Positions 49,966 through 62,000 of a stretch of 64,000 nt of DNA are shown here, piece after piece. This DNA is from Euglena gracilis. Lineage: Eukaryota. A program made the translations under genes and the position numbers. The first letter of the stretch is position 1; each line of letters opens with the position of its first letter. The stretch is taken from positions 3,229,715 through 3,293,714 of the forward strand of contig CP154954.1 of assembly GCA_039621445.1 (NCBI GenBank), written 5' to 3'. A model generated the notes under the pieces. It had not been told where the DNA came from. It ran no database searches and saw only the letters and a list, made by a program, of their open reading frames with translations.

Positions 49966-52900
49966 CATAACCATTGCCTTCTGTGCCCGGCAGTGTGGGG
50001 CCTGGCGTTGCTCACCAGACGTTGGGAGAGGTCCCTAGGCTTGCCCTCAGTCCCCCCAACCCCCCCCACCAGGGTGGTTCCCGCTGTACCGCTCCTCACG
50101 CTTCAAGCACCCAGGGATCACAACTCTGTGGCATGCCGTTTTTTCCAACTTTTCACAACGTGCATGTAGAGTCCACCCTCTGGATGCCTCAGCAGCCAAA
50201 CTCTTCACGGACATATCACAGAGCCAAAAAAACAGCAAAAAGGGCCAATTGTCACCTGGACTGTGTGACACCATCCGGGGAACACAGCCGAGGCTTCAAA
50301 AACGAGGGACTCACAACGGGGGTTTCGGCCCATTTTTGGGAAAATTCACGTGTCCCGGCGGTCAAACCCAGGGTTTTGGACCTTTTTCAAAATGGTGCAC
50401 AGGCCGAAAAACATCAAAATTGGGCCTGTTCCCCGGGTCCCAACATCGGAAAATGATGCACACGCCACCGTGGAGGGTCTCCGCGGAACCAGAGGGTCAA
50501 AAGGGTGGGTTCTACCGCCGGGTCTCAAAGAAATCGAAAATTTGCGCCAAAGCGCAAGCTAAAAATGAAAACCTTAAGTGCGAGTTAGGCCGCCTAAGTC
50601 GTTGGACATAGGGTAGTGACCAAAAAGGTGTCCTCTGACCGGGGGGGGGGGTCGTTGGACAAGGGGTCGGGAAAAAAAAGTTTGCCAAAAAACCCCCCAA
50701 ACAGTCAAACTTTTCCTTTCCGTTTCCAGCCCTCTCAACAAATATTTCATCAAATAGCACCCAAAACGTACCTTCACGCCGCGGGATTTCACAAAAAAAA
50801 AACAAAGATACCCAGTCGACAATCCCTGCATTCCATCAACCATCTTCACTCCATCTACAACCTAGCAAACACCCGAAAATGTCATGGCGTAATGTTGGGA
50901 GTGTGGTGAAGCCCCTTCAACAACCGCAAGCACTATCTCCCCGGTGGAGCGCTCGTAATGCACAAAACTCCCCAGAGGGAACATTTTAATGGACGATGGG
51001 CTGCTGGGTAGAGGACAAGGGCGGAAGAAAAGCCTTTCAGGGCTGGCAAACCTCCGGTTTTCACGCACCTACAAAAAAACCTCCGAAAAGGTGTCCTCTG
51101 ATCGGGGGGGGGGGTTGTCGTTGGACATAGGGGGGTAACTGAAAGGAGTTCTGATCGTGGATATAGACCATGGATACGACCAAACATCAGAAAATACAAA
51201 AAAAATTAAACCGTTAAAAATGCTAAACGGTAATAAATGCAGACGTAAAACTTGCAGCAGATTTCCCCTCCCACAATGGAGCACAACGGAAGTATACAAT
51301 GGAAATTGAGGAGTGGGACGTGTTCACCGCTCGACAGGAATTGCGAGGAGGTCAGGGCTGCAGTCAGCACTTTTGGCCTTTGCTGGTGCTGCACATTGTG
51401 AACACTGGCAGCCTCGTCTCTCATTGCGTACATGAAATGTTTGCTGAGGTTGAAGGTGATATGTTCCACAAGAGATTTCTTGGGCAGGAGAGCAGCCTGG
51501 CGCGTGTCTGGATCCACGTACTCCACATTTTGACATATCGGCCAACGTCCAGCGTCGAAGGTTCCCCTGATTTCGCAAATCAGCGTGCAGGAGGAACTCG
51601 CCTGTTTTGCAACATTTTAAAACCCCATTCTTTTCCATTTCTTGCCATTTTGGCCAAACTGCATCAGGGCAACCCAGCAAAGTCACCAATACTCCAGGCC
51701 AAGTGAGTAATACCCCTGCCCCCGACAGAGAGGGACCAAAGAGACACTGGGATCGCCAACGTGCATAATTTGTTGGTCCCTGACTTTGCCCAGTGTGCAT
51801 TTTCAAAGATTTTTGACAAATTGTCGGGCAGAACTCACGTCGAACTGCAACCGGGAGGGGGGTGCAAAACGCTGGATCCTGTTGGACCTTTCTGACGAAA
51901 AAACAATGCAAACGCTCCTGATGCCAGACCCAGCAGGTGCCTTGGAGCACCTTCCTTGTCAACAGGGTGACTCCTGACCGAGAAGGGGGCTGGGTGCTTG
52001 GGTGCTGGGAAAGCACTCGGTCAGACAAACACACACAAATACCCCGGGAGCAGGACGGTGGGGCTGGCCAAACTGGGGCCAGTCCCTGTACGAGGGGGCC
52101 GTGTGGCTTTGACAGAAGACAAACTCACCCATGTGCAAACGTAGGCTTGAACCTCCTCCTCCTCCTCTTGTCTGAGCACCGGAAAATATGGGTCAGAACT
52201 GGGGGGGGGGGTGCTTATTTTGCCAAAATATGGGTAAGAACCAGGGGGGTGGTGCTTAGACAAGGGGGAAAGCTTTGACTGCAAAAAAAATCCGGCGCTT
52301 CGCGCCGAAAAGGAAAAACTCCCCTTATTTTGGAGGTCCACTGTTGAACTCACACACATTTGGATGCAGAAATCAACAATACCTCACCAAATCAGGTGTC
52401 AGAAGTTGCAAAAATTTCGAAATTTTTGAGAAATTTCCCTTAAAAATGCACACAAAATAATCATCCCCGTGACGATGACCTTTAAAAAGATGGGTAAGAA
52501 TCGGGGGGGGGGGGGGCTTAGACAAGGGGGGGGGAGGTAGGCTTGTAGGCTTGAACCTCCTCCTCCTCTTGCCTCAGCACCGGAAAATATGGGTCAGAAC
52601 TGGGGGGATGCCTGTTTTGCCGAAATTTGGGGAAACCCCCCTCCCAACGTCACACCCCTGAGGGGCCAAAAGTGAAGCCTAAAAAAGTGCAAACCCCCCA
52701 AAGAGCTACTGAACCGCTTTCGGGCGGTGCCCAAATAAGTGTCGCATCCCTGAAAGTCTGAAACCATGGTCCAATAATTTGCGCAGTCCGTGGGCGGGGG
52801 TTGCCCGGGTCGTTGTGCAGTCCGGGGGGGGGGGGGGACAGGACAGGGGAAAAGAAAAGATTGGCCCTTCGCAGTCAGAAGGTTAAAAAAAAATACTTCA

Positions 52901-54094
52901 TTTTAGAAATGTGTCCAGGCATTAAGAAGCAAAAACTAACAATTTGCAACATCGAATATTTTGAGCCACGAGTCATAAAAATGCATGAGAAAAAATGCCT
53001 CCTGTGGGGAAGAACCAGGACAGTGGCGATCATACAGTTCCCCTAGTAGGCTGGGTTACAACGTTTTTGTTGTACCCACAAACAAGAACAAACAATCAAG
53101 AACAACAGCCTAAAGCTCGATGTGAAACAAATTGTTCGATTTCGCCCAAAAGATCCACGCCGTCAGACAGAATTGTATATTTGACTGGAACCACATAAGG
53201 CTTTTTTTTTGTTTCCTCGTTTTTCTTTCTCAGTGTCACTCAAGAAGCACACCTCCCCAACAAGAAACTGTCATGACCCAAAACCTGCCAGGGGCCTTGG
53301 TGCTGGCATTCATACAACGTTTGTCGCATTGGCATCAAACTTCTGACCGAAAAGGCCCTACCACCCGAGAAGTGCAAACCAGGGTTCGCAATACCACCCA
53401 GGAAGTACCCACCCCCCAGCCACGGGCTTTGTCGGGTTGGTCAGCAGGAAGAACCCTGACAGTTTCCAGAGCGGGCACCTGACAGGTTCTCGGGGGTCGG
53501 ACATTAGCACAAATTCTCAATACATGTTCAAGTGCAAAACCAAAAGCATTTTCATCAGCACTCAGCAGGGCAGTCCTTAACGGAAAAAAAATTCCCGTCC
53601 CAGCACATTCAATGAAAAATTCATAAGAAATAATGGAAGAAAAAATGGCCATATTTTGGCGAAAATGGGTCGACTCTGAGAAAAAAGCTATTTCTGGCAT
53701 CCTTGGACCATCCCTTGGGCCAAATGGCGGTCCTGTAGGGGTGGTGCTAAAGGGAAAAGAAGACTTCCCATCCCTTTTGGACCGCCCTGGCACTCAGGAA
53801 GTTGTTGCATAACTGTTGGGACACCAGAGTTGGAAAAACGGAACAGGAAGAGAAAGGAGTCATGAAAAAAAACAAATTCAATGAAACAGAACAAAGGTTT
53901 GTCTCCGCAACAAATTTCTACCCTGTCAATATCCCGTTTCCAAAATGTCACCACACGCCTGGAAGCATTCAAAATTGGAAAAATTGCTAAATTGCAGAAC
54001 ACTCTGAACAAACAAGGCACCCTTTCGAAGAAATTGTCGGTGACCACGGCGGTCAACCGAGGATGCAAAGGTAAAACGCGTGCGTGCACAGTAG

Positions 54095-54242
54095 TGAGTG
54101 AGTGTGGAGTGTGGAGTGTGGAGTGAGTGGTGCGTGTGTACATGTGTGTCTGTGTGTATGTGTGTACGTGAGTGTGGGTGGGTGGGTAGGTGGGCAGGCA
54201 TGTTCATGCACACGTGCAAATAGTCCTGTTTGTGTGTGCGTG

Positions 54243-54283
<41 letters not shown>

Positions 54284-54312
54284 ACATGCGTATGTGTGTG
54301 TGTGTGTGTGTG
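54095..54312 (+). repeat. (TG)n-rich simple repeat
   Basis: Direct reading. Confidence 0.9.
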
Positions 54313-55104
54313 TCATTAACACAGTGAAAAGGCAGACCAGAGATCAGCCAGTGATATGCAACTTGTGGGGCCAAGATGACTCGCCGGGAACCTTAGCATG
54401 GGAAGGTTGACGGGATTAAGAGGAGATCTGCAAAGCATGATGGTTCAGTACGACAGGAGGTAATCAAAAATCCGGTTTGGGGCATTGGCATTTGAGGCGG
54501 TGTAACCGCCCAGTCTGACACGCAACAGATTGTTTGGCACTTCCTCCCGTCCAATGATAAAGACACAAATACATTGCGCTGCCAGAGGGCTGGCACAGGA
54601 AGGTTCGTGACCCGCGTGAGTCACCAGCAAGCACCCATAGCCTCAGCAACTTTTAGGTAGGCCCCGAACAGGCGGCAGAAAATGGATCCTTCAAAGAAAA
54701 AGTCCTCAAATGCGTTCCACTGGGACCCTGTTTTTCGGGTAAAAAGTTATTTCGAATTTGTCGACTTTTTGACCCAGAAATGATCCGAAATCCATGGGTT
54801 TCGGGACAAATCCATGGGTTTGGACAAAACACTCAGTTTCGGCTCAGAAACAATTTTTCCGGGTCCGGGAGGCCAAAAAACATCGTTTCAAGCAACTTAC
54901 CCTCATGTTATTTTATTTTAAATTGTTACCTCAAGAGGCAATAACTTGGGAAAACATCTACCGACGAGACGTCAGCATGGACAAACTGGTTTTATTTGAA
55001 TCAATTGTATTCATGGGATCTCAGGGGACGTCAACTTTCCAGCCTCAGACGACTGACCCTTGAGAAGAGCTGCGCAAAAGTAAAACGTGGAAACTGTATG
55101 GAGG

Positions 55105-55208
55105 TACAATACAATACAATACAATACAATACAATACAATACAATACAATACAATACAATACAATACAATACAATACAATACAATACAACACAATACAAT
55201 ACAATACA
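55105..55208 (+). repeat. (TACAA)n pentanucleotide microsatellite
   Basis: Direct reading. Confidence 0.98.
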
Positions 55209-56092
55209 GGCTTGGTGGCTCGGCCAACAATAGGAAATCAAGGGAGTGGATCAAAAAAAAATCGGTTCCATGGGAAGGCACATCTCAACGTTGCATGATC
55301 TCGGATGGACGTTTGTCCCCTAGGCTGAGGGCCTCTCGTTGGAGTCACCATAGATCAGAGGCACTTCACATGGGTGCTTGCCCACGGACGACGACTGCGC
55401 GACACGCTGGCGTATGGCGAGCACTTTGCCATGCGTGGCAGGAGGGAATGGGGCGATGCCAGCCGACATGCAGTGGTAGCGCGACGAGAGTGCTCGTGTG
55501 CAAGTGCATGGGTGACAAGTCCACGGATGGACATGGTTGCGGTTGGTATGCGTGTGGTTGCAGAAAAAGGGAGGGGATTGGTCGGCACTGACCGGCTCAG
55601 TGAGAAACCACAGGGATGCGTATAACTGCAGCTGATGCGGCCTGCAGCCTGCTGGCTTCTGTTTCCTTCTGGGCTGCAACGTGCACCATTCCCATCCGTC
55701 TCAATCGTGATGTGTGGGCTTTTAGAACTGGGTGTGCATCGCCGCCTTCAAATCAAAGCCAAGTCCCCTGGGGTTGATGATTGGCACACCAGAACATCCA
55801 AATGCTGATCGGCAAAAACGCACTCCGATGATCACCCAGAGGCGCAGAAAAGGCAAAATTTAGGCTTAAACTGCTTGGCCCAGGCACCCCAAAGTCCCAG
55901 GCATAATTTGAAAAAAACAACGGACAGAGAGCAGGGGGGTGGCCTTCCATCGAACGCTGAAAAAAACGTGCCTCTTGTTGTCCCTTGTCAAACATTGTTC
56001 TCCGGGCACAGGTTGCTCGGCCGAGTGCTATTGAGCAGAGACAGAATGAGAGAAGCCGAAAAAATTGGGGGGCTGAGGAAGGGGGTCTACAA

Positions 56093-59000
56093 CGGCGAAA
56101 GGGGCCCTTGTAGCCCACACTTCCTTGCCGGAACCACTTGGGCGGAGGGAAAGCACTCGGTTGGAGGAGGGTTAGAGAGAACAGCATGGGGACTGGCCGG
56201 TGCTGACCGAACCTTGTTTCCACTTTCCGGCATAAACCTTGGCGTGCGGGCACAGCGAAAACAGCCTCTGAAGCCTGAGCCACAACCAGCAGAAGGCCGG
56301 AGATGGGTTGGGCTGAGATGCCTGAGCTCACACCTGGCCCTCGGGAGACTCCCGCCTCGCAGGTTTGCCAGCACCGGGGGCCCGAACAGTTCCCCGCAGG
56401 CTTTTTTTTTACCGACCGGGGGGGTGCTATGGGGTGCCTGCCCATAGCAGGCACACCCCCGGGGGGGGGGGGGCAGCCCGGGGTACCCAGGGTCGGCTGG
56501 GTCCTTGCCAACAGGGTAAAGAAAACGGGATCGTTTCCCGGACAGGGGTGCCTGTCCACCCACCCCCCGTGGAGTAGGCACCCAACTAAAAAAAAAAAGC
56601 CTGGTTCTCCGGTGTCACGACCTCGTGGGCCCACAGCACGCAACCCCCCTTCCCTGGGGGGGGCCGGCTGTGGAGGGAGGGTTGGGTCGGGTCGATCGGG
56701 GCTGCAACGACCGCACCGCAGAATTGCCCTTTAGCATCTTATTTGACAGCTGTGAATTCTGGGTCAAAGTAGAAAGCAAAGAACTCGTACTTTGTCACGC
56801 AATCCTGAAAATGCATGGGCAAGGAACCTTCCTCTTCAGAAATGTGCACCGAAACCAGCTTGGAGGTCAATCAGACAAGAAAGAAGAATGGAGTGCTTTG
56901 TGTCGAGCTCCTGCAAGCTGTGGACACTTTCCAATGCGGGATGATGAAAGACTTCGTAAAGAGGTAGTTAGTGGGAAGGTGGCGTATGGTGAGACCCCCT
57001 GATCTTTTTTTTTGGTCGGGCTTTTCCGCCATCAGATCTATTTACGTGTTTTCCGCTGTTGCAGACACTCTTACACACTTGTTTACACTCACTGTCACGC
57101 ACACGGTCACACCGGGCATCCCCACCCAACAACACCAGCAACCCCTTACCAACCCCAGAGTTGGCTACCCAAAAACTGAACAGTTCATCCACCACAAAAC
57201 CATAAAGGAATCAAAAATGCGAGGTGAATCTGCCTTGTGCCCCAAGGTCGGGGTTGGAAATTACAACCCCCCCCGGGAAACTGTCACCTGACAGGTTGGC
57301 CAGTACTGGGGACCCTGACAACTTCCTATCATGACAGGTTGGCCGGTACCAGGGACCCTGACAGTTTCCCGGGCGGGTCCCTGACAGGCTCTCGGGCATG
57401 ACAGTTTCCCGGGGGGGGGGGGGGTAATCGCAGGGCGGTCCTTCAGAAAGAAGAAAAACGCTGCCCCAGCCAGGCTGTTTTTACCACCCCCCGGGGGAGG
57501 GGGGTCCGGACTTGAGTGCCTACCCCGGGGGGGGGTCGGATTTCAGCGTGTGCCCAGGAACTTTCCTCAGAAAATAGGCCATTTTCCTTGAAAATAGGCT
57601 TTGTTTGAGCCTTCCGCGCCTTCGGCGCAGGAGTGCCTGCTAGGCACTTTTGACCGAGTGCCCTTCCCCCAACCGGGGGGTCGGATTTTTGTGCCTTGGA
57701 GTGCCTGCCCAGGCAGGCACCCCCCCCCTCCGGGGTGGGGTCGGCACCCGACTAACATACGGCCTGGCCCCAGTACATTCAACTGAAAATCCACAAAGGA
57801 AAAATGGCCAAAAAAAAAATGGCAAAAAAAAAGACTTTTCGGCAAAAACAGGTCGAAATCATGGGGGGAATTGATTTCTGGCATCCTTAGACCTTTGCCA
57901 AACCAGCCAAAACATCAAAAAAAATAATTTGAACACTTTCGACCCCGTTCAAGCCCTAGACTGACTGTTCAAGCCAGACCAGCACTTGGTCGACCCTTTG
58001 GCCCGGGGGGGGGGGTCCATTTAAAAAAAAATCCCGTCCCTTGCGGACTACCCTCGACAATTGCGGATTATCACCAAGAGCCCCAGCCCTGAACTGCTAT
58101 TTGTTTCCCAATCCCGACCGACTGAATCCTGGCTTTCTGGGACACCCCTGTTTGTGACACTGTGAAACTCCCAGACAGGCCAAGGTATTCAACCGACCAG
58201 GAGTCCAAACTGGGTGGGATTCGCCACCCCCCTACTCCACTTCTACGGGAGAGGCGTCCCTTCCCAATCAGACAGCAGTCCGGCGAAGCCTGGGCCAAAT
58301 TTTCCGGTTCCCTCACTTCTCTGTGAAGTAGAACACGCCGTCCCACGGCCGGCCGGCCTCCGCGTGCTCCAGCTGGGCGCAGGGCTGTGCGGGAAGGCCT
58401 GGTGGGGAGGGTCGACCTCGACCCCAGGGGTTTTTTTTAAAGACCGGGGGGAGGGGGCCCCCACCCACCCACCCCCTGGGGGCCCCCGGGGGGGGGGGGT
58501 CCCGCCCACTAAAGCCGCGAAAAATTCCAAACATAGCACCTTTTCAAAAAATTTCGGCGCCTCCTCGACCCACAGGGTTGCGGGGATTCCCATAGAGCCC
58601 TGGCTGGGCAGCCAGAGCGGCCCACGCCTTGTCCGGCGGGGCCAGCAGCGGGTTGGCCGCCAGCAGCTGCCGCGCCCGTTGGTGGTCCCCGGCAGACCGC
58701 CGTGCCTTGGAAATGAGCAAACGTGCAAGCCGGGCTATTTCAGAGTTGGGAGAAGCTGAAAACACGGAGTGCCGGAGAATCGGGAGCATACCCCCCCCTT
58801 GTCTAAGCACTGGAAAACATTGGTAAGCATCAGAGGGCTGGTGCTTGGACAACGGGGAAATTTTGACTTGCAAAAAAAATCCGGCGCTTCACGCCAAAAA
58901 GGAAAAATTACCCCCCCCCCCAATTGAAGCACGGGTGCGCTTCTATTTGGGCCGTACCTGCGCGATTTTTGTTGATTTCCTTTAGAAATCCTATCAAAAT

Positions 59001-62000
59001 GGGGGGTGCGCTTGTAGCAGACCGCCGCCTTCGGCGGTGGGGGGGTGCGCTTTTATTTGGACCCTGCGCTTGTAGCGGCCCCGTGCTTCTATTAGGGGGG
59101 GTTACCCTTATTTTGGAGGTCCACTGTTGCACTCACAGGCATTTGGATGCAAAAATCAACAATGTCTCACCATATCAGGCTGCAGAGGTTTCAATAATTT
59201 TCAAACTCTCGAGAAAATTTTCTAAAAATGCACCCAAAAAAAAAGCTTCCGCAAGAAGATGACCTTTAAAAAGATGGGTCATCACCGGGGAGGGGGGGGG
59301 CTTAGACAAGGGGGGGAACAGTGTAGGTGTAGAGTCCACCCTCTGGATGACTTGGCAGGAACCCTATACATGCCACAGCACTTCACAAAGCAACACAAAG
59401 GGCAGAAGTTTCACCTGGCTTGCACAGGAGGGACAGAAATAGATTGAGGGGCACAACGTGGGACTGAGCACGGGTGTTTTGTCCCATTTCAAGGAATTTC
59501 GGAATTGGATTTAAAACTGGACAAAACAAGGAACATGGCGTGGAGACACAAGACACGTGGAACTTAGGCTATTCCCTGGACATGATGCAGATTTCAAAAT
59601 AAAGGGTTGCCACAGGGCTAAAGAACCAAAAGGGTGGGTTTGCAGGACAGCGAATGCTGAGCGCATGCGCAATGGCATGCAAAACAGATTGAGTGCAAGT
59701 TAGGTCGCCTGGGTGTCTGTCTCAACTGAACATCTCATCAGAGCATTCCATCAGGCATCGGAATGGCACAATTTGGCCCAGTTCATCCAGTTCCGAAACA
59801 CACAACATCCGACACCTGGGTGAGAGCACACATTAAAACCAGCCGGCACAGCACGGCATGGCACGGCACAGCGGACTGGCCGCCAACCACCATGGCGGCA
59901 TACGCCTCCTCGTACCCCTCGGCTGACTGCAGGAGCACCGCACGGTCCACGAGTGTCCAGTGATAGGTCACCTGGCCGGGGGCAGGCCGGGGACAACTCC
60001 TACCTGGTGTTGGTTGCTCAAGCCCAGCGAAGGAAAGCACATGGCTCAGAGATGAAATTATCGAAATCGTGAGCAACGTTTCGCGAGTTCGTGCCATGAC
60101 GCTTTTTTTATAATAAAAAAACTTGTTACGCGAGGAAATAAATATCTCGAGCAGAATTGCCCTGTCAAAAAAATAGGCATGCTTCCCACAAGGGAAAAGA
60201 AAAGTGTATGATGGTGCGTAACATATTAGCCAAATGCATGGCAATGTGTGTGCTTGTTTTTTGAATGTGTCCGTGAGTGCAATATGCTACATGTACGTAT
60301 GCGTGTATGTCTGTCTGTCTGTCTGTCTGTCTGTCGTTCTGCCTGCCTGCCTGTCTGTCTGTTTGTCTATCTGTCTGCCTGTCTGTCTGTCTGTTGTATG
60401 CATATACGTATGGACGCATGTATGCATGCATGTGTGCATGTTTGTGTGTATGTATGCGTGCATGCATGTTGGGGGGGGGATGCTCTGGACGGCCCTCGGA
60501 AAAAAAAAACGAGCAAAAAATTCGCTGAGTTTGTACATTCATAAGGGAAAAAGGACTCAGAAAAATTTCCAACAATAAGCCCAAAATTAAACCAAAATCA
60601 TCAAAAACAGCTGAAAAAAAGGCATTTTTGGTATATATATAAAAAAATGCACGAGCAAGGCGTCACTCTCTGTTCACCATAACCAACAGTGTCAGCCATG
60701 GTTGCCCCTTACTTATGACCAGGGGAGTAGGATTCGATGTGGGGTCTCTGAAAACCCCAGTGTCCTCATCATCATTGGATGAGTACCCACACCTCATCAC
60801 CCAAGGGATTTTTTTCTTGAGGCGGGTCCCTTGGGTGGAAAAAAAAGTGCGGAAATGGGTCCGTTGGTTATAGAAATGGGTTACTTGAACGTGGGCAAAA
60901 TTCGGTGAGCATGTGGTTTGATTCGTGCTGAAGAACGGTGTGGAATAACACCAATGTCAAGTTTGTTTTTGACATATGGACAATGTGGAAAACATGGGCA
61001 ATATGGACAAAATGCCTCCAAAAAGTGTAAAAAAAAGTGGGAAAATGGGAAAAATGCGCAAAAAAAAATGCGCAAAAAATGCGCATTTTTTGAAAAATTG
61101 ACAAAAATGCGCAAAACTGCGCAGCGCATCCCCCCCCCCCCTGATGCATGTGTAAACCCCTCCCCCCACTTAAAAAATGCCCGGGGTTTATAGGATCCGG
61201 TTTAGTTGGTCGGCCCGGGGGGGGGGGGGGGTTATAGGTGGGGGGGTTATAGGATACGGAATTGTTGGTCAAAATCCGACGCCCAAAAATGCCCTCGAAA
61301 CCCCCCAAAATTGGCAATTTTTTGGCAAATTTGGTCAAAAATGGCAGTTTTGATGATGGTCGGTCTCAAAAAATTGCCAAAAAATCAGTTTTTCAGTGGT
61401 TTGCGGCTGAAAAAAATAGTCCCCGGCGGTTTCCATTTTTCTTCCCCGGGGGGGGGGTTATAGGATCGATCCGGTTTGGCTGATCGGCCCGAGGGGGGGG
61501 TTTATAAATGGGGGGGGGTATAAGTGGGGGGGTTATAAGTGGGGGGGTTATAAGTGGGGGGTGGGGTTTATGTATGCATATGTTATTCTGTATATGCATG
61601 TATGTGTGTATATGTATACAGATATCTGGCAGCCTCACTCTACTTTCTCCCCTCCTGGGGGGGAAATTAGAATGATCAGGGGGGGTCATACCGGGGGGAA
61701 AATAACAGCAACAAATGCCGATGGGAAAAATTGTGCCCGTATTAATTATTGGACGCTCGCTTATTTATTATTTACTAATTGCTCGCTGAAAAGCGGGCCC
61801 CCAGGGAAGATTCTGAACGAAAAAAAAATCTTGTGAACCAACTTTTCAGGGAAACACAAGAGAAATCACACCAAAATTCGAGGTTGTCACAACTCCAAAA
61901 AAAATTGTTAAAATCCTAAACTCCAAAATGCAAAATAAGGCAAAAAATTCTTTTATTTTGAATTGACGGAGTGCCGAAAATTTATATTTCGCAAAATTTG

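Larger units (their letters stand above)
47874..50598. mobile_element. 2.7-kb non-autonomous TIR element with 5-bp TSD, containing nested foldback elements
   Basis: Perfect 24-bp TIR CTTAGGCGGCCTAACTCGCACTTA; TSD TCGTT (47869-47873, 50599-50603). Splits a copy of the CCCCTATGTCCAA MITE exactly at ggtcgtt|ggacatagg. Confidence 0.9.
47801..51135. mobile_element. MITE family A copy split by the 2.7-kb insertion
   Basis: Left part 47801-47873 and right part 50599-51135 join into a family A element with TA on both flanks. Confidence 0.8.

Noticed and set aside
51200-52034. Possible transposase or reverse-transcriptase remnant
   Set aside because: No recognisable DDE, RT or endonuclease motif in any frame; needs a BLASTx/HMM search.
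55753-56643. 296-aa ORF
   Set aside because: Reads through the MITE and introns and mixes frames; not a coherent protein.
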